Shown here piece by piece: positions 51,421 to 60,180 of a stretch of DNA of 64,000 bases. The translations under genes and the position numbers were made by a program. How positions within the stretch are numbered: the stretch's first letter is position 1; each line of letters opens with the position of its first letter. Under the pieces are notes generated by a model. The model ran no database searches. It was given only the letters and a program-made list of their open reading frames with translations, and had not been told where the DNA came from. This DNA is from a virus (lineage: Duplodnaviria; Caudoviricetes): positions 224,001 through 288,000 of IMG/VR virus record IMGVR_UViG_3300021255_002539; one strand, written 5' to 3'.

Positions 51421-52524
51421 TCAATCCAGTACTTCAATCAGTTTTGGTATAATCTCTCCTGACTTCAGGATCTTCACCTTCTTGCCAATCTCCACTCCAA
51501 GGGACTCCATCCAGGTGATGTTGTTTAGGGTGACGCGCTTGACAGTGGTGCCACAAAGCTGAATGGGTTCGAGCAGACCAACAGGCGTGAACTTGCCATT
51601 CGCAGAGGGAGTGCCCCAGTCGATGCCAATGAGGGTGGTTACGCCGACGCCCTGGTTGATTTTGAACGCCTTGCAGCCATCCGGGCGGTACTGGTCCTCG
51701 TTCCTCCATTCGGAATCGCAAATCACAAGTCCATCAGTCTCGTAGGGAAGCTCGTCCTGAGCGGTCTTGAAGAGCCAATCAACGATGTCATCCCCGCGCC
51801 AATCCTGTCCCTTGGGATTGACCAGAACATTGCTGGCAACATTGAATCCCATATCCCCAAGAATTTCAAACTGCTCTTCCTTGGCGTACTGGTTGCCAAG
51901 AATGGTGTAGGGGACGAAAGACACAAGCCTTGCCTCAGTCTCGTTGAACTTCTTGTCTCCATCCTTTCTATTGCAGATTCCTGCACATGCATTCCTCGGA
52001 TTGGCGTACTTGTCCTTGATGGTCTCGAAATCCTCGCGCATAATCACCAACTCGCCACGAATGGAGCCGGTGAAGTTGTCCCAAGCGCCGTGGGGGAGAA
52101 CTGAGGGAAGCCCCTTGACATACTTCGCCTTGGAAGTGATGTCCTGACCAAAGTAGCCATCTCCACGGGTCGTGAGGGAGACGAGTTTGCCATTGCGATA
52201 CTCGGCTCGGGAGGAAATGCCATCAACCTTCGCGGACACGGAGAGCATGTTCTTGACATTCTCCTTGATCCACTTCTTGACAACTTCCGGCTCCTCGGCC
52301 TTCACCTTCTCAAGGCTGCCCATTGTAAACGGATGCTTGACCTTGCCATCCATGTTCTTCTCGATGCTGCCCTCGTTCAGGGTTGAGACGAATGCCTCGT
52401 ACTCGTCCTCTGGCATGGATGCCTTGAGGGATTCGAGCAGGTCGTCGTATTCCTGATCCGTCATGGTGGGTGTTCCGCTGCGGTACGCCTTGTTCGCTTC
52501 AATTATCTGCTCTTTGATGCTCAT
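51421..52524 (-). CDS. ligA: NAD+-dependent DNA ligase, N-terminal part (Ia, adenylation and OB domains)
   Basis: YxxGxPxMTDxEYD, KVDG, TRGDG, RGE, NPRN, DGLV, TPV, SGEIIP; stops before the Zn finger. Confidence 0.92.
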   Translation of the reverse strand: MSIKEQIIEANKAYRSGTPTMTDQEYDDLLESLKASMPEDEYEAFVSTLNEGSIEKNMDGKVKHPFTMGSLEKVKAEEPEVVKKWIKENVKNMLSVSAKVDGISSRAEYRNGKLVSLTTRGDGYFGQDITSKAKYVKGLPSVLPHGAWDNFTGSIRGELVIMREDFETIKDKYANPRNACAGICNRKDGDKKFNETEARLVSFVPYTILGNQYAKEEQFEILGDMGFNVASNVLVNPKGQDWRGDDIVDWLFKTAQDELPYETDGLVICDSEWRNEDQYRPDGCKAFKINQGVGVTTLIGIDWGTPSANGKFTPVGLLEPIQLCGTTVKRVTLNNITWMESLGVEIGKKVKILKSGEIIPKLIEVLD

Positions 52525-52551
52525 AATGTCTCCTATTTCAAGTTCACCAAT

Positions 52552-52581
52552 ATTATATCATATTCTTGTTGGCTTTGTCAA
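52552..52581 (-). promoter_or_regulatory. sigma70-type promoter TTGACA-N18-TATAAT
   Basis: Reverse complement ttgacaaagccaacaagaatatgatataat. Confidence 0.8.
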
Positions 52582-52615
52582 CCCACCTTTGGGGGTTCCG
52601 CAAACTTCGTTTACT

Positions 52616-52834
52616 TCAACCTACCTTGTAGATGCTCTTCGATGTGAGTTGCATGATTCTAACAATATCTTTAATTACAACGCAACCCTTTGACAGACCT
52701 TCAACAACACCAAATGCCAATTCTGCGCTTCTTCCGAGCACGCCTCTTTTAATGTACACAACTGTGTCTCCAACATGAACAGGAGTTCCATTGAAGTCCT
52801 TGACCTCAGTAATCGGGGATTTCTTGCTTGCCAT
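52616..52834 (-). CDS. small hypothetical protein (SH3/KOW-like)
   Basis: KDFNGTPVHVGDTVVY motif common in small phage beta proteins. Confidence 0.65.
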   Translation of the reverse strand: MASKKSPITEVKDFNGTPVHVGDTVVYIKRGVLGRSAELAFGVVEGLSKGCVVIKDIVRIMQLTSKSIYKVG

Positions 52835-52851
52835 TGTCAATTCCCTTTCTG

Positions 52852-53181
52852 TTAGTTGAACTTGATGAACTTCTTCTTAAAGTCCTCGGAAGTCCAGATA
52901 TCAACGCGCCATTTCTCCCAATCGTTATACGCCACGACAACATCCCCAATCTTGACATGTTCAGGTCTGTTGAGCTTGACACCCTCTGACTTGTCCTTGA
53001 ATGAAAGAAACGCTGTTCTCATATTCCAAGACCAGGTCATGTTGAACTTCTTGGCGAACTCGTCAATCTCACCCGCGTTTTTAAGAACGTAGTAGGATTC
53101 TTTTCCATTCTGCCAAAACACCTGCTCTCCCTTGACCTTTACGGCGTAGTAGGTTGGGCTTTTCATCCTGTAGGTGTTCAT
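52852..53181 (-). CDS. hypothetical protein
   Basis: AGGAG SD; 109 aa. Confidence 0.7.
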   Translation of the reverse strand: MNTYRMKSPTYYAVKVKGEQVFWQNGKESYYVLKNAGEIDEFAKKFNMTWSWNMRTAFLSFKDKSEGVKLNRPEHVKIGDVVVAYNDWEKWRVDIWTSEDFKKKFIKFN

Positions 53182-53201
53182 TTAGTTTGCTCCTTCTTGC
53201 A

Positions 53202-53648
53202 TCAATCCAACGAGTTGTTGTATTCAATCAGTTCATCCACCTTGAGGTTCAGCTTCTGGATTTCCTCAAAGGAGGCCGGTTCTCCACCCTTGATGATGCT
53301 CGGCCAAATGTCGTCTAGCCAAATGTCGTTGTCAGCAACATGTTCAAGTGCCACCTTGTTGTTCAGAACGAAGTTGCGAAGCGCATTGGTGTCATCTTGG
53401 CTCAACTCACCAATGTCCTGGCAGTGGAGGTTTCCATCCAAGTCCATAGTCCCGAATCGCGACAGGTTCATTCGATTCCCATGGTCAAGCTGAAACTTCA
53501 CCATCTTGGAATGGCGACCCCTGATGTAGGTCTGGTTTTCGTCAATCCAGATGTTCATCGGCAGCTGGGTCTGAGCCTTGTTCTTGTTCGCCATTTCGCA
53601 AACAAGCGTAGCCTCGTCAATTGGAATCCAATCCGACATTTCAATCAT
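53202..53648 (-). CDS. hypothetical protein, paralogue of 33421-33810
   Basis: WIPID...CEMAN...LPMNIWI shared motif. Confidence 0.75.
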   Translation of the reverse strand: MIEMSDWIPIDEATLVCEMANKNKAQTQLPMNIWIDENQTYIRGRHSKMVKFQLDHGNRMNLSRFGTMDLDGNLHCQDIGELSQDDTNALRNFVLNNKVALEHVADNDIWLDDIWPSIIKGGEPASFEEIQKLNLKVDELIEYNNSLD

Positions 53649-54000
53649 GCTTCATGTATCTGTCCTTCACGAACTTGACTTTGCCGTTGTCGTCGATGTC
53701 AACGCGCACCTTGCTCAGGAAAGACAAGAACATCAACTTATCCTCGGGTGTACCGTGGTTGTCCTCGAACCAAGTGATCTTCTTGATTGGAGGTGAATTC
53801 CTCCTGTATTCCCTCACATGGGCAAGGTCATCGAAGTCAGGCCACAACATGCATCCAGTCTGACTTTCTACGATTGCGTTGTCTATGATTCGCAGACAAT
53901 TCTCGTCATGCTCCACATCTGGCGTGAACTTCTTCGTGTCGTGGTCATATACCACTGTAAGCAACTTGTCAGACGACTTGATTGTGAGTAGTGATTTCAT
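53641..54000 (-). CDS. hypothetical protein
   Basis: 119 aa, overlaps the next gene by 8 nt. Confidence 0.7.
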   Translation of the reverse strand: MKSLLTIKSSDKLLTVVYDHDTKKFTPDVEHDENCLRIIDNAIVESQTGCMLWPDFDDLAHVREYRRNSPPIKKITWFEDNHGTPEDKLMFLSFLSKVRVDIDDNGKVKFVKDRYMKHD

Positions 54001-54026
54001 TGTCTCTTGTTCTCCTTTCTTGCTTT

Positions 54027-54809
54027 TTACAGGGCGTTGAACTCCGATTCTGACATGATGTGGATGCCCAACTTCATCGCCTTCTTGAGCTTTGACGAAG
54101 GTTCTCCCTTCAAGCCCGCGTCAGCAACCACGAGGGTTCCGAGACCCTTTGCCACGGACTCTGCGATTCCATATCCAAGTTCACGAGCCTTTGTCTGCGC
54201 CTGGGTTCTTGTCATCGTCTCCAATTTCCCAGTGAAGCATATTGTCCCCTTCTCCGGCACAATATCCGGAACCTGATAAACCTCCTTTGGTTCATGGTAC
54301 TTCTTGTTGAGGACAATGGATTCGTAGGCTTCCTTCACCACCGGGATGGCATTGATGATTGTAGTCTCCTTGACGGTTGGGCAATCTACATGTATGCCAC
54401 CGCCAAAATACAGTTCCCCACAATGGGAGTCCCAGAACTTCTTCATTTCCCTGCGTCCAACGCCATATACAAGCGCAGACAACGCAACGAAGATGTCCAC
54501 CTTCTGGGCGTTCCACATCTTCTTGTCAAGTTCCTCGGCAAACTTCACCTCGTTCTTGTACGCGGGATTCGGCTTGAACTCCACGATGTCCTTGATGGTC
54601 TTGATGCCCCAATTCTCAAGGGTCGTGTTGGAAACGCCCATGATGCCAAGTCTCTCGCAGAACGCCGATACCTGCTCGTTGAACCGGGAGGGACATTCCT
54701 CATTCACGCAAAATAGGTTCTTGACCCCATCTTTTGAGGTTTGGACTTCAAGTTTGCCACCACATACGGGGCAAGTTTCTGGGATACCAATCTTTGTAAG
54801 GTCTATCAT
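54027..54809 (-). CDS. NAD+-dependent DNA ligase, C-terminal part (Zn finger, HhH, BRCT)
   Basis: PETCPVCG...FCVNEECP, LGIMGVS, YGVG, CFTGKL...SSKLKKAMKLGIHIMSESEF. Confidence 0.9.
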   Translation of the reverse strand: MIDLTKIGIPETCPVCGGKLEVQTSKDGVKNLFCVNEECPSRFNEQVSAFCERLGIMGVSNTTLENWGIKTIKDIVEFKPNPAYKNEVKFAEELDKKMWNAQKVDIFVALSALVYGVGRREMKKFWDSHCGELYFGGGIHVDCPTVKETTIINAIPVVKEAYESIVLNKKYHEPKEVYQVPDIVPEKGTICFTGKLETMTRTQAQTKARELGYGIAESVAKGLGTLVVADAGLKGEPSSKLKKAMKLGIHIMSESEFNAL

Positions 54810-54837
54810 AGTCTTTGCCTTTCTCAAGTTCACCTAT

Positions 54838-54867
54838 ATTATACCATAATCGGGGATTACTTGTCAA
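54838..54867 (-). promoter_or_regulatory. sigma70-type promoter TTGACA-N18-TATAAT
   Basis: Reverse complement ttgacaagtaatccccgattatggtataat. Confidence 0.8.
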
Positions 54868-55081
54868 TAACCCTTGGACAATTGTATTGCCTATGGAACT
54901 CGTCATATCCCATCAAGAGATAGTACAAGCCCTCAAACAAGCTGATGAATGCTGGCACCCCGGTTTCCGAGAACAAGAGGTATGCCAATCCCCACCACGG
55001 CTGTCCCAAGTAGAACTTGTGCGCTCCAAACCAGCCAAAGAAGAACGCCAGAAGGACGGCTATCCAACGTTCGCGTATCAT
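54857..55081 (-). CDS. TM2-domain membrane protein
   Basis: AVLLAFFFGWFGAHKFYLG motif. Confidence 0.85.
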   Translation of the reverse strand: MIRERWIAVLLAFFFGWFGAHKFYLGQPWWGLAYLLFSETGVPAFISLFEGLYYLLMGYDEFHRQYNCPRVIDK

Positions 55082-55368
55082 GAGATTGGTCTTATCTGAT
55101 GGACAGGGATTTCCCTATTCTCCCACTTTCTATAAGCATCCAAGTAGTAGAAGCCCTTGTGGTAGTCGTATGTGACCTCGTAGTACATTCCATCGGGAAG
55201 GGTGGTGGACATGAGCCACTTTCTGTTCCCAAGTATGCAACATTGCCAAACGACATACACCTGATATTCGATGTTTGGGTCTGACTTGTCAAGGTGTTCC
55301 TTAACATAGTCGTTTACGATGTTCAATGCCTCTGCATTGTAGTCTGGAAGGTTGTATGGTGTTGCCAT
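55078..55368 (-). CDS. conserved phage protein (DUF6275-like)
   Basis: VYVVW...STTLPDGMYYEVTY...YLDAYRKWEN. Confidence 0.75.
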   Translation of the reverse strand: MATPYNLPDYNAEALNIVNDYVKEHLDKSDPNIEYQVYVVWQCCILGNRKWLMSTTLPDGMYYEVTYDYHKGFYYLDAYRKWENREIPVHQIRPIS

Positions 55369-55379
55369 GTTTCTGTCCT

Positions 55380-55757
55380 TTACTGTGCGATTAGTATTCC
55401 GAATGTGACCATTATCTGAACAAGGTGGAGCAACTGGTCTTGTATCAGGTTAATCTTCATCCTGTTCGCCTTGAGGTCGTCCACCACTGCATGTATGGTG
55501 GTGTTGACCAGGATGGCGTAGAAGAACCACGGCGAGGCGTAGAACGGTGCGCAAATGAAGATGCTCCAATAGAGGGCATGGCAGACCAGTGCAGCAACAT
55601 AGTCGTATTTGTACTTGTCAGGAACAGAATCTTCATATCCGCCGAATATCTTTCGCCACCACAACTTCTGCTTCCCATCTGCCAACCACCCCCGAAGGGT
55701 ATAGTCGGCCACGAGATGTCCAAGCAACATTAAAACCAATATCACTTGCCACGTCAT
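55380..55757 (-). CDS. DUF3307-like membrane protein
   Basis: GHLVADY, HALYW, HAVVDDLK, DQLLH. Confidence 0.75.
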   Translation of the reverse strand: MTWQVILVLMLLGHLVADYTLRGWLADGKQKLWWRKIFGGYEDSVPDKYKYDYVAALVCHALYWSIFICAPFYASPWFFYAILVNTTIHAVVDDLKANRMKINLIQDQLLHLVQIMVTFGILIAQ

Positions 55758-55771
55758 TTGTGTCGTTTCCT

Positions 55772-56038
55772 TCAGTTGAACATGTCCGACAACACGCCAC
55801 CAATGCTGCAAGTCACGATTGGTGAGCCGTCCCAATTGCGTCTTCCCCAAGGCCAGTCGGTGTTGGTTGGATAGCATGGATTGGTTGGCGGCCAAGATGG
55901 ATATGTTGGCATCTCATCTGGCCAGTATGGATATGGTCTGTTGATTTGTGGGTATCCATTGTTCGGTGGATTCTCGACTATTCGCCGAATCTCCTCTTCG
56001 GTTCCCTCATATGTTATGCCGTTGATTGTCGCTTTCAT
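55772..56038 (-). CDS. Pro-rich hypothetical protein
   Basis: MKATINGITYEGTEEEI...; ATGA overlap with thyX. Confidence 0.65.
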   Translation of the reverse strand: MKATINGITYEGTEEEIRRIVENPPNNGYPQINRPYPYWPDEMPTYPSWPPTNPCYPTNTDWPWGRRNWDGSPIVTCSIGGVLSDMFN

Positions 56039-56724
56039 TTCGTTTCTCCTTGTTTCTTGACTTTCCCACATCCCCTCTTCTCAGGGCAATATCCCAGTTC
56101 CTCGCACTTTGGCTTGAATACCTTGAGGTCGTACACTAGTTCCTCCCATTCGTCAGAGTAGTTCTCCAACTGCCAGAGGATTTCCTTCATCAACTCTCGG
56201 TATTCCCAATATGCCCTGTTGCAGAGCCTTTGCCTGGACATGTCAATCAGGTTTCTAAGGTTCGTGCGCACAACCACCTTTGTGGAATATGCGAGTGGCA
56301 GGACATTGGTTGCGTCTTCGTTGGGTACGCCACAGAGCTTCAGCTTCTCAATCGTGGGGGCGACATTGGACATGAAGTCGTTCCAAAGCTCCTTCGCCTT
56401 TGGGTTGTTCTCAACAGAGTTTGGAACTACCTGCTTGAACCCATTGGAGTAGTCGATGTATCTCGTTGAAGCCTGAAGTCTGGTGGGTGCTCCGCCGATG
56501 TGCGTATAGAATTCGCGTATGACCTTGGCAGACCAGCCATCAAGCACCATGTAGATTTGGGGAAACTCCATCGCACGTCCGTGGTTGGACTTTATGCAAT
56601 CAATTCCACGCTTGTGGTTCTCCTCTGGGTCTTCTATGTTTGCGCCATAGCAGATTCCGGCTTCTTCTCCAACCAATGTGATTGGGTCTATTGTCGTTCG
56701 TTTTTGAATGGTTACTGTTCCCAT
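56035..56724 (-). CDS. thyX: flavin-dependent thymidylate synthase
   Basis: HGRAMEF, QASTRY, EDATNVLP, NLRNL, RLCNRAYWE; C-terminal CxxLGYCPE. Confidence 0.88.
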   Translation of the reverse strand: MGTVTIQKRTTIDPITLVGEEAGICYGANIEDPEENHKRGIDCIKSNHGRAMEFPQIYMVLDGWSAKVIREFYTHIGGAPTRLQASTRYIDYSNGFKQVVPNSVENNPKAKELWNDFMSNVAPTIEKLKLCGVPNEDATNVLPLAYSTKVVVRTNLRNLIDMSRQRLCNRAYWEYRELMKEILWQLENYSDEWEELVYDLKVFKPKCEELGYCPEKRGCGKVKKQGETK

Positions 56725-56749
56725 ATGTCATGTGTCCTATTTGGTTCAA

Positions 56750-56965
56750 TTATACGAAATGTTTGATTACCATGAACGACGACTCCACAACCATAATTGG
56801 TCTGCTGCATGATCCATTGTGCCGCCAGAACTGTAGATCATTCGTCTGCCCCATTATATTGGTCAATGCCATTTGGGTTCTCCACAGATGTTCGTTCAGT
56901 TCCCCGAATGGCGTCCTTGTCAGAACTACATCGACAATTGGCTCAACCATGAATTGCCTTATCAT
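56750..56965 (-). CDS. small hypothetical protein
   Basis: AGGAG SD; fills the operon gap. Confidence 0.55.
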   Translation of the reverse strand: MIRQFMVEPIVDVVLTRTPFGELNEHLWRTQMALTNIMGQTNDLQFWRHNGSCSRPIMVVESSFMVIKHFV

Positions 56966-56982
56966 GTTTTGCTTCTCCTTTC

Positions 56983-57414
56983 TCAGTCAAGCATTTCCAT
57001 TGCGGTGTACAGTCCATCCTGCGATTCTTCGTAGTTGTCCCTGTCCCCGTCTTCTGAATCCAGTTCGTCCTCGTCGAAGTCGCAATCCCCACCACTCGCC
57101 ACCTCGCGCGTCAGTTTTTGCTTGCACAAGTCCCCATATATTGGATGCAGTTCCCCACCTTCCACTTCAAGCGTTGTTGGGTTGATCTTCAATCCAACCT
57201 TCTCGAGCAAGTCCATCGCTTCCGCGCCCTTTTCCAGAATCTGGGTTCGCAGCTCCTCGTACCTGACTATCTCCTCTTGCATTTGGGATATGCGCTGTCG
57301 GTGGTTGTTGATCCTCTCCACCAACCATTCATGCGCCAGTTCGTCCCTGGCGTTGAACAAATCCTTCAATGCTTGTCCAACTTCAAGTCTGTCGTGCCAG
57401 TCCTCTTTTCGCAT
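56983..57414 (-). CDS. coiled-coil hypothetical protein
   Basis: C-terminal part similar to 57417-58424 (AMDLLEKVGLKI vs AMNLLEENGVKV). Confidence 0.7.
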   Translation of the reverse strand: MRKEDWHDRLEVGQALKDLFNARDELAHEWLVERINNHRQRISQMQEEIVRYEELRTQILEKGAEAMDLLEKVGLKINPTTLEVEGGELHPIYGDLCKQKLTREVASGGDCDFDEDELDSEDGDRDNYEESQDGLYTAMEMLD

Positions 57415-57416
57415 CT

Positions 57417-58424
57417 TTACTTTCCTGATATGTCGCAACTGTACTCGTCAGCAGTCCAATCCTTGTCGTAATCTGGCTTGCATGTTGCACATGTAGAATA
57501 TCCCCTGCCTATGGATATACATGGAGTCAGACTGTTCTCTATGCGAAATGTCCCTGACATCCCCAATGTGGAGATGTATTCCGAGCCATCGTCCTCAACG
57601 CCCTCAACCTTGCCCTTGGCATCCACCTTCACGCCATTCTCCTCAAGCAAGTTCATGGCGTCTGCCGCAGTCTCGTACAGGTCGTTCAACTGCTTCTCCC
57701 TCTCCGCAATTTCATCTTGTCTGGACTTGATTTGCTCCCGAAGGTCCTTGATGTCGTTTTCGATGTAGCTTGCGCTTCCATCCATTGCCCGAACAGACTC
57801 CAATGCTTGTTTCAGTTCCTCCACCTTCTTGTACGACTTTGCGTTGGGGAAGTACTTCCAATTGGAGTACAGAATGTTCATGTTCAGGAGGAATCCATGC
57901 AAGATGGTGAATGATGGTGCGTTCGACCCATATTGATCGCGTATTTCGCCAGTTGGGGCGATGGTTCCCCCAACCAGGGCATCTGGGTTGTTCTGGCTCC
58001 AAATCCTGTGGGTCTCCTCCCAAATCTCCTTCATCCTGGGAAATGGCTGGTCGTTGTCTTTCCCCACTATGTATATCTTGGCATATCCTGACCCCATCGT
58101 CCTGATTGGCTTGTACTCAACAACTATTCCATTGCCAACCTGGATTGCCTTGTGCGGAACGCACCCATTCTCCTCAGAAGCCCAACTTGGCATAGGGATG
58201 TCTTTGCCTGGATGTGGGGATGTGTACATCTCATCATTTAATATGTACGTGCCATCATCGTCATTTAATCTGTACATTGGTTGGCCGCCACAATATATCT
58301 GGCCGTCCCTTAATTCCAATTGGGGCATTATCTTGGAGAGATCCAATTCCGCGAGTGTGTCCATGGCTTGCTTTTCAAGTTCTGGGTCAAATGTGGTGTC
58401 GTATAATGGTTCGTGTATTGCCAT
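57417..58424 (-). CDS. hypothetical protein with coiled coil
   Basis: 335-aa ORF. Confidence 0.75.
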   Translation of the reverse strand: MAIHEPLYDTTFDPELEKQAMDTLAELDLSKIMPQLELRDGQIYCGGQPMYRLNDDDGTYILNDEMYTSPHPGKDIPMPSWASEENGCVPHKAIQVGNGIVVEYKPIRTMGSGYAKIYIVGKDNDQPFPRMKEIWEETHRIWSQNNPDALVGGTIAPTGEIRDQYGSNAPSFTILHGFLLNMNILYSNWKYFPNAKSYKKVEELKQALESVRAMDGSASYIENDIKDLREQIKSRQDEIAEREKQLNDLYETAADAMNLLEENGVKVDAKGKVEGVEDDGSEYISTLGMSGTFRIENSLTPCISIGRGYSTCATCKPDYDKDWTADEYSCDISGK

Positions 58425-58429
58425 TGTGC

Positions 58430-58801
58430 TTACATCCCCTCACTCTTGTTCAATGCGTCCATATAGGCGATTGCGTTGGCTTCCCTGTTCTTGAGGTCGT
58501 ATACGAACCAGTCCATGCCATTTCCACAGACGAACCCATGTTTTGGGATGTCCTTGTCGAACACAACCACCATTCCCCCAACTGGGACATCCCCACCCAT
58601 AATCATGTCATCCACATGATCAAGTTCGTTTCGCCCAATTGCGTCGAGAATCTCCTGCTCGCTTTCGCATCTGGCATCTTCGTCAGAACGGGATATGTTC
58701 GCCCAATTCCACTTTACCTTCGTCAGGTCAACAGAACAGGTGTTGCGCGAGAGGTTGAGTATGTCGGTTTCGTTCTTCGCAGTTATGATGTACTTCTTCA
58801 T
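58430..58801 (-). CDS. hypothetical protein
   Basis: 123-aa ORF in operon. Confidence 0.7.
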   Translation of the reverse strand: MKKYIITAKNETDILNLSRNTCSVDLTKVKWNWANISRSDEDARCESEQEILDAIGRNELDHVDDMIMGGDVPVGGMVVVFDKDIPKHGFVCGNGMDWFVYDLKNREANAIAYMDALNKSEGM

Positions 58802-58808
58802 AGTTCAA

Positions 58809-58994
58809 TCATGTCCGCCTGGCAACCACAGAATACCAGCCATCCTCTATGTCCATTCGGGCGTCCTTCATGTGGTCTTTGACGATATAGGAATTGCCCT
58901 TGTATAGCATTGTCTTCTTGCCCAGGACATGCGCCTGAAGCAGAGCTGTAATGAAGCCCTTGTTGTATCTCGGTCCGCGTGGCACAGTTGGCAT
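58809..58994 (-). CDS. small hypothetical protein
   Basis: AGGGAG SD; first gene after TTGACA-N18-TATAAT at 59032-59061. Confidence 0.6.
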   Translation of the reverse strand: MPTVPRGPRYNKGFITALLQAHVLGKKTMLYKGNSYIVKDHMKDARMDIEDGWYSVVARRT

Positions 58995-59080
58995 AATCTT
59001 CTCCCTTGTGTGGTTTTCTAACTATGCCTATATTATACCATATTCTGACCCTCGATGTCAATGCCCCTTGGCATTCGTCG

Positions 59081-59611
59081 TCAAGTCATCACGAACACGA
59101 CCCGGTATTCCTCGCCATATTCTGTGTATTCGCTAATGGCGAGATCCATGGCCTCCACCTGGCCGATTTTCCTCATCGTGTTGTAGCCATACTGGATGTC
59201 CTCCACCAACGACTTGTTGACTGGGAATGTGAGCTTATCGCCAGACTCGTCACCCCAAGGCTCCAGTTCGTCACCATCGTCAGAGTACATCCTGACGCAC
59301 CCCAGCGCCCTCACGACGACATTGAGCTTCGTATATGCGTCGTGGATCTTCTTCGACACCTCTTCCTCCAACTCCTGAACGGTCTTGGTGTAGAAGCTGG
59401 CGTAGCAGACCTCCTTGCCCTCAGAGTCCTTTTCCCTCTTGTACTTCTCCTGAAGCCCCGTGGACAATTCCTCCCAATTGAGCTTTGGGTAGTCCTGATA
59501 GTCCTCGAAGATGTACTTCAGGTAGCTGGACACTGGTTTCTCACTGGCCAGTTCCCACTTCCCTGTGTCCTTGTTCTTGTGCTCTACATATGCTCCAATG
59601 TTGTATCCCAT
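59081..59611 (-). CDS. hypothetical protein
   Basis: 176-aa ORF with phage-like codon usage. Confidence 0.75.
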   Translation of the reverse strand: MGYNIGAYVEHKNKDTGKWELASEKPVSSYLKYIFEDYQDYPKLNWEELSTGLQEKYKREKDSEGKEVCYASFYTKTVQELEEEVSKKIHDAYTKLNVVVRALGCVRMYSDDGDELEPWGDESGDKLTFPVNKSLVEDIQYGYNTMRKIGQVEAMDLAISEYTEYGEEYRVVFVMT

Positions 59612-59612
59612 G

Positions 59613-60059
59613 TCAATTCACCCTTTCCTTTTCTGTTGAGTTTGCTTTTGTCTGGTCTCCCTCAGCTGACCAATTTGGCGAGAGGCAATCTCCTGCATAA
59701 CAATACTTCTCTGTCCACCATGGTTGTTCGCCACCGTATGTGAACTCCACAGTGGTGGTTCCATCGCCATTCTCGACTTCCTCTGCACCATCTGGGATTT
59801 CCGCCGCCCCCTTGAGGGTGTCGTTTGGTGGGGTTGGTGGCTTTGGGACATTTGTTGGCTCTGGTGGTTCCTCTGTATCCTCAGAACCCGAATCCTCCAC
59901 GAATCTCCCATTTGCGTGGTCTTTCTGCCCATCCATTCCAAACAGCTTCAGAATGAAGTCATATGTCATCCCAATGAACACCAGTATTGCCACAATCGCA
60001 ATTATGAACAAGAATGGTTGTTTCAGAAGTTCAAGCCAGAATGTCGTGTTTTCTTCCAT
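59613..60059 (-). CDS. membrane-anchored hypothetical protein
   Basis: N-terminal TM, Pro/Glu linker; promoter TTTACT-N17-TATAAT at 60095-60123. Confidence 0.7.
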   Translation of the reverse strand: MEENTTFWLELLKQPFLFIIAIVAILVFIGMTYDFILKLFGMDGQKDHANGRFVEDSGSEDTEEPPEPTNVPKPPTPPNDTLKGAAEIPDGAEEVENGDGTTTVEFTYGGEQPWWTEKYCYAGDCLSPNWSAEGDQTKANSTEKERVN

Positions 60060-60180
60060 GTTCAATGTGTCTCCTTGTTTTGGTTTTCCAATATATTATA
60101 CGACCTTTGTGGGAAAAAGTAAAGATGGATTGGCGAACAGCCAACCCATCTTCCGTACTGTGGATTTGGAGTTTACTCTA

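Noticed and set aside
51421-54809. Intron- or intein-interrupted ligase
   Set aside because: Halves are in reversed order with separate promoters; no intein termini or homing-endonuclease motifs in the intervening ORFs
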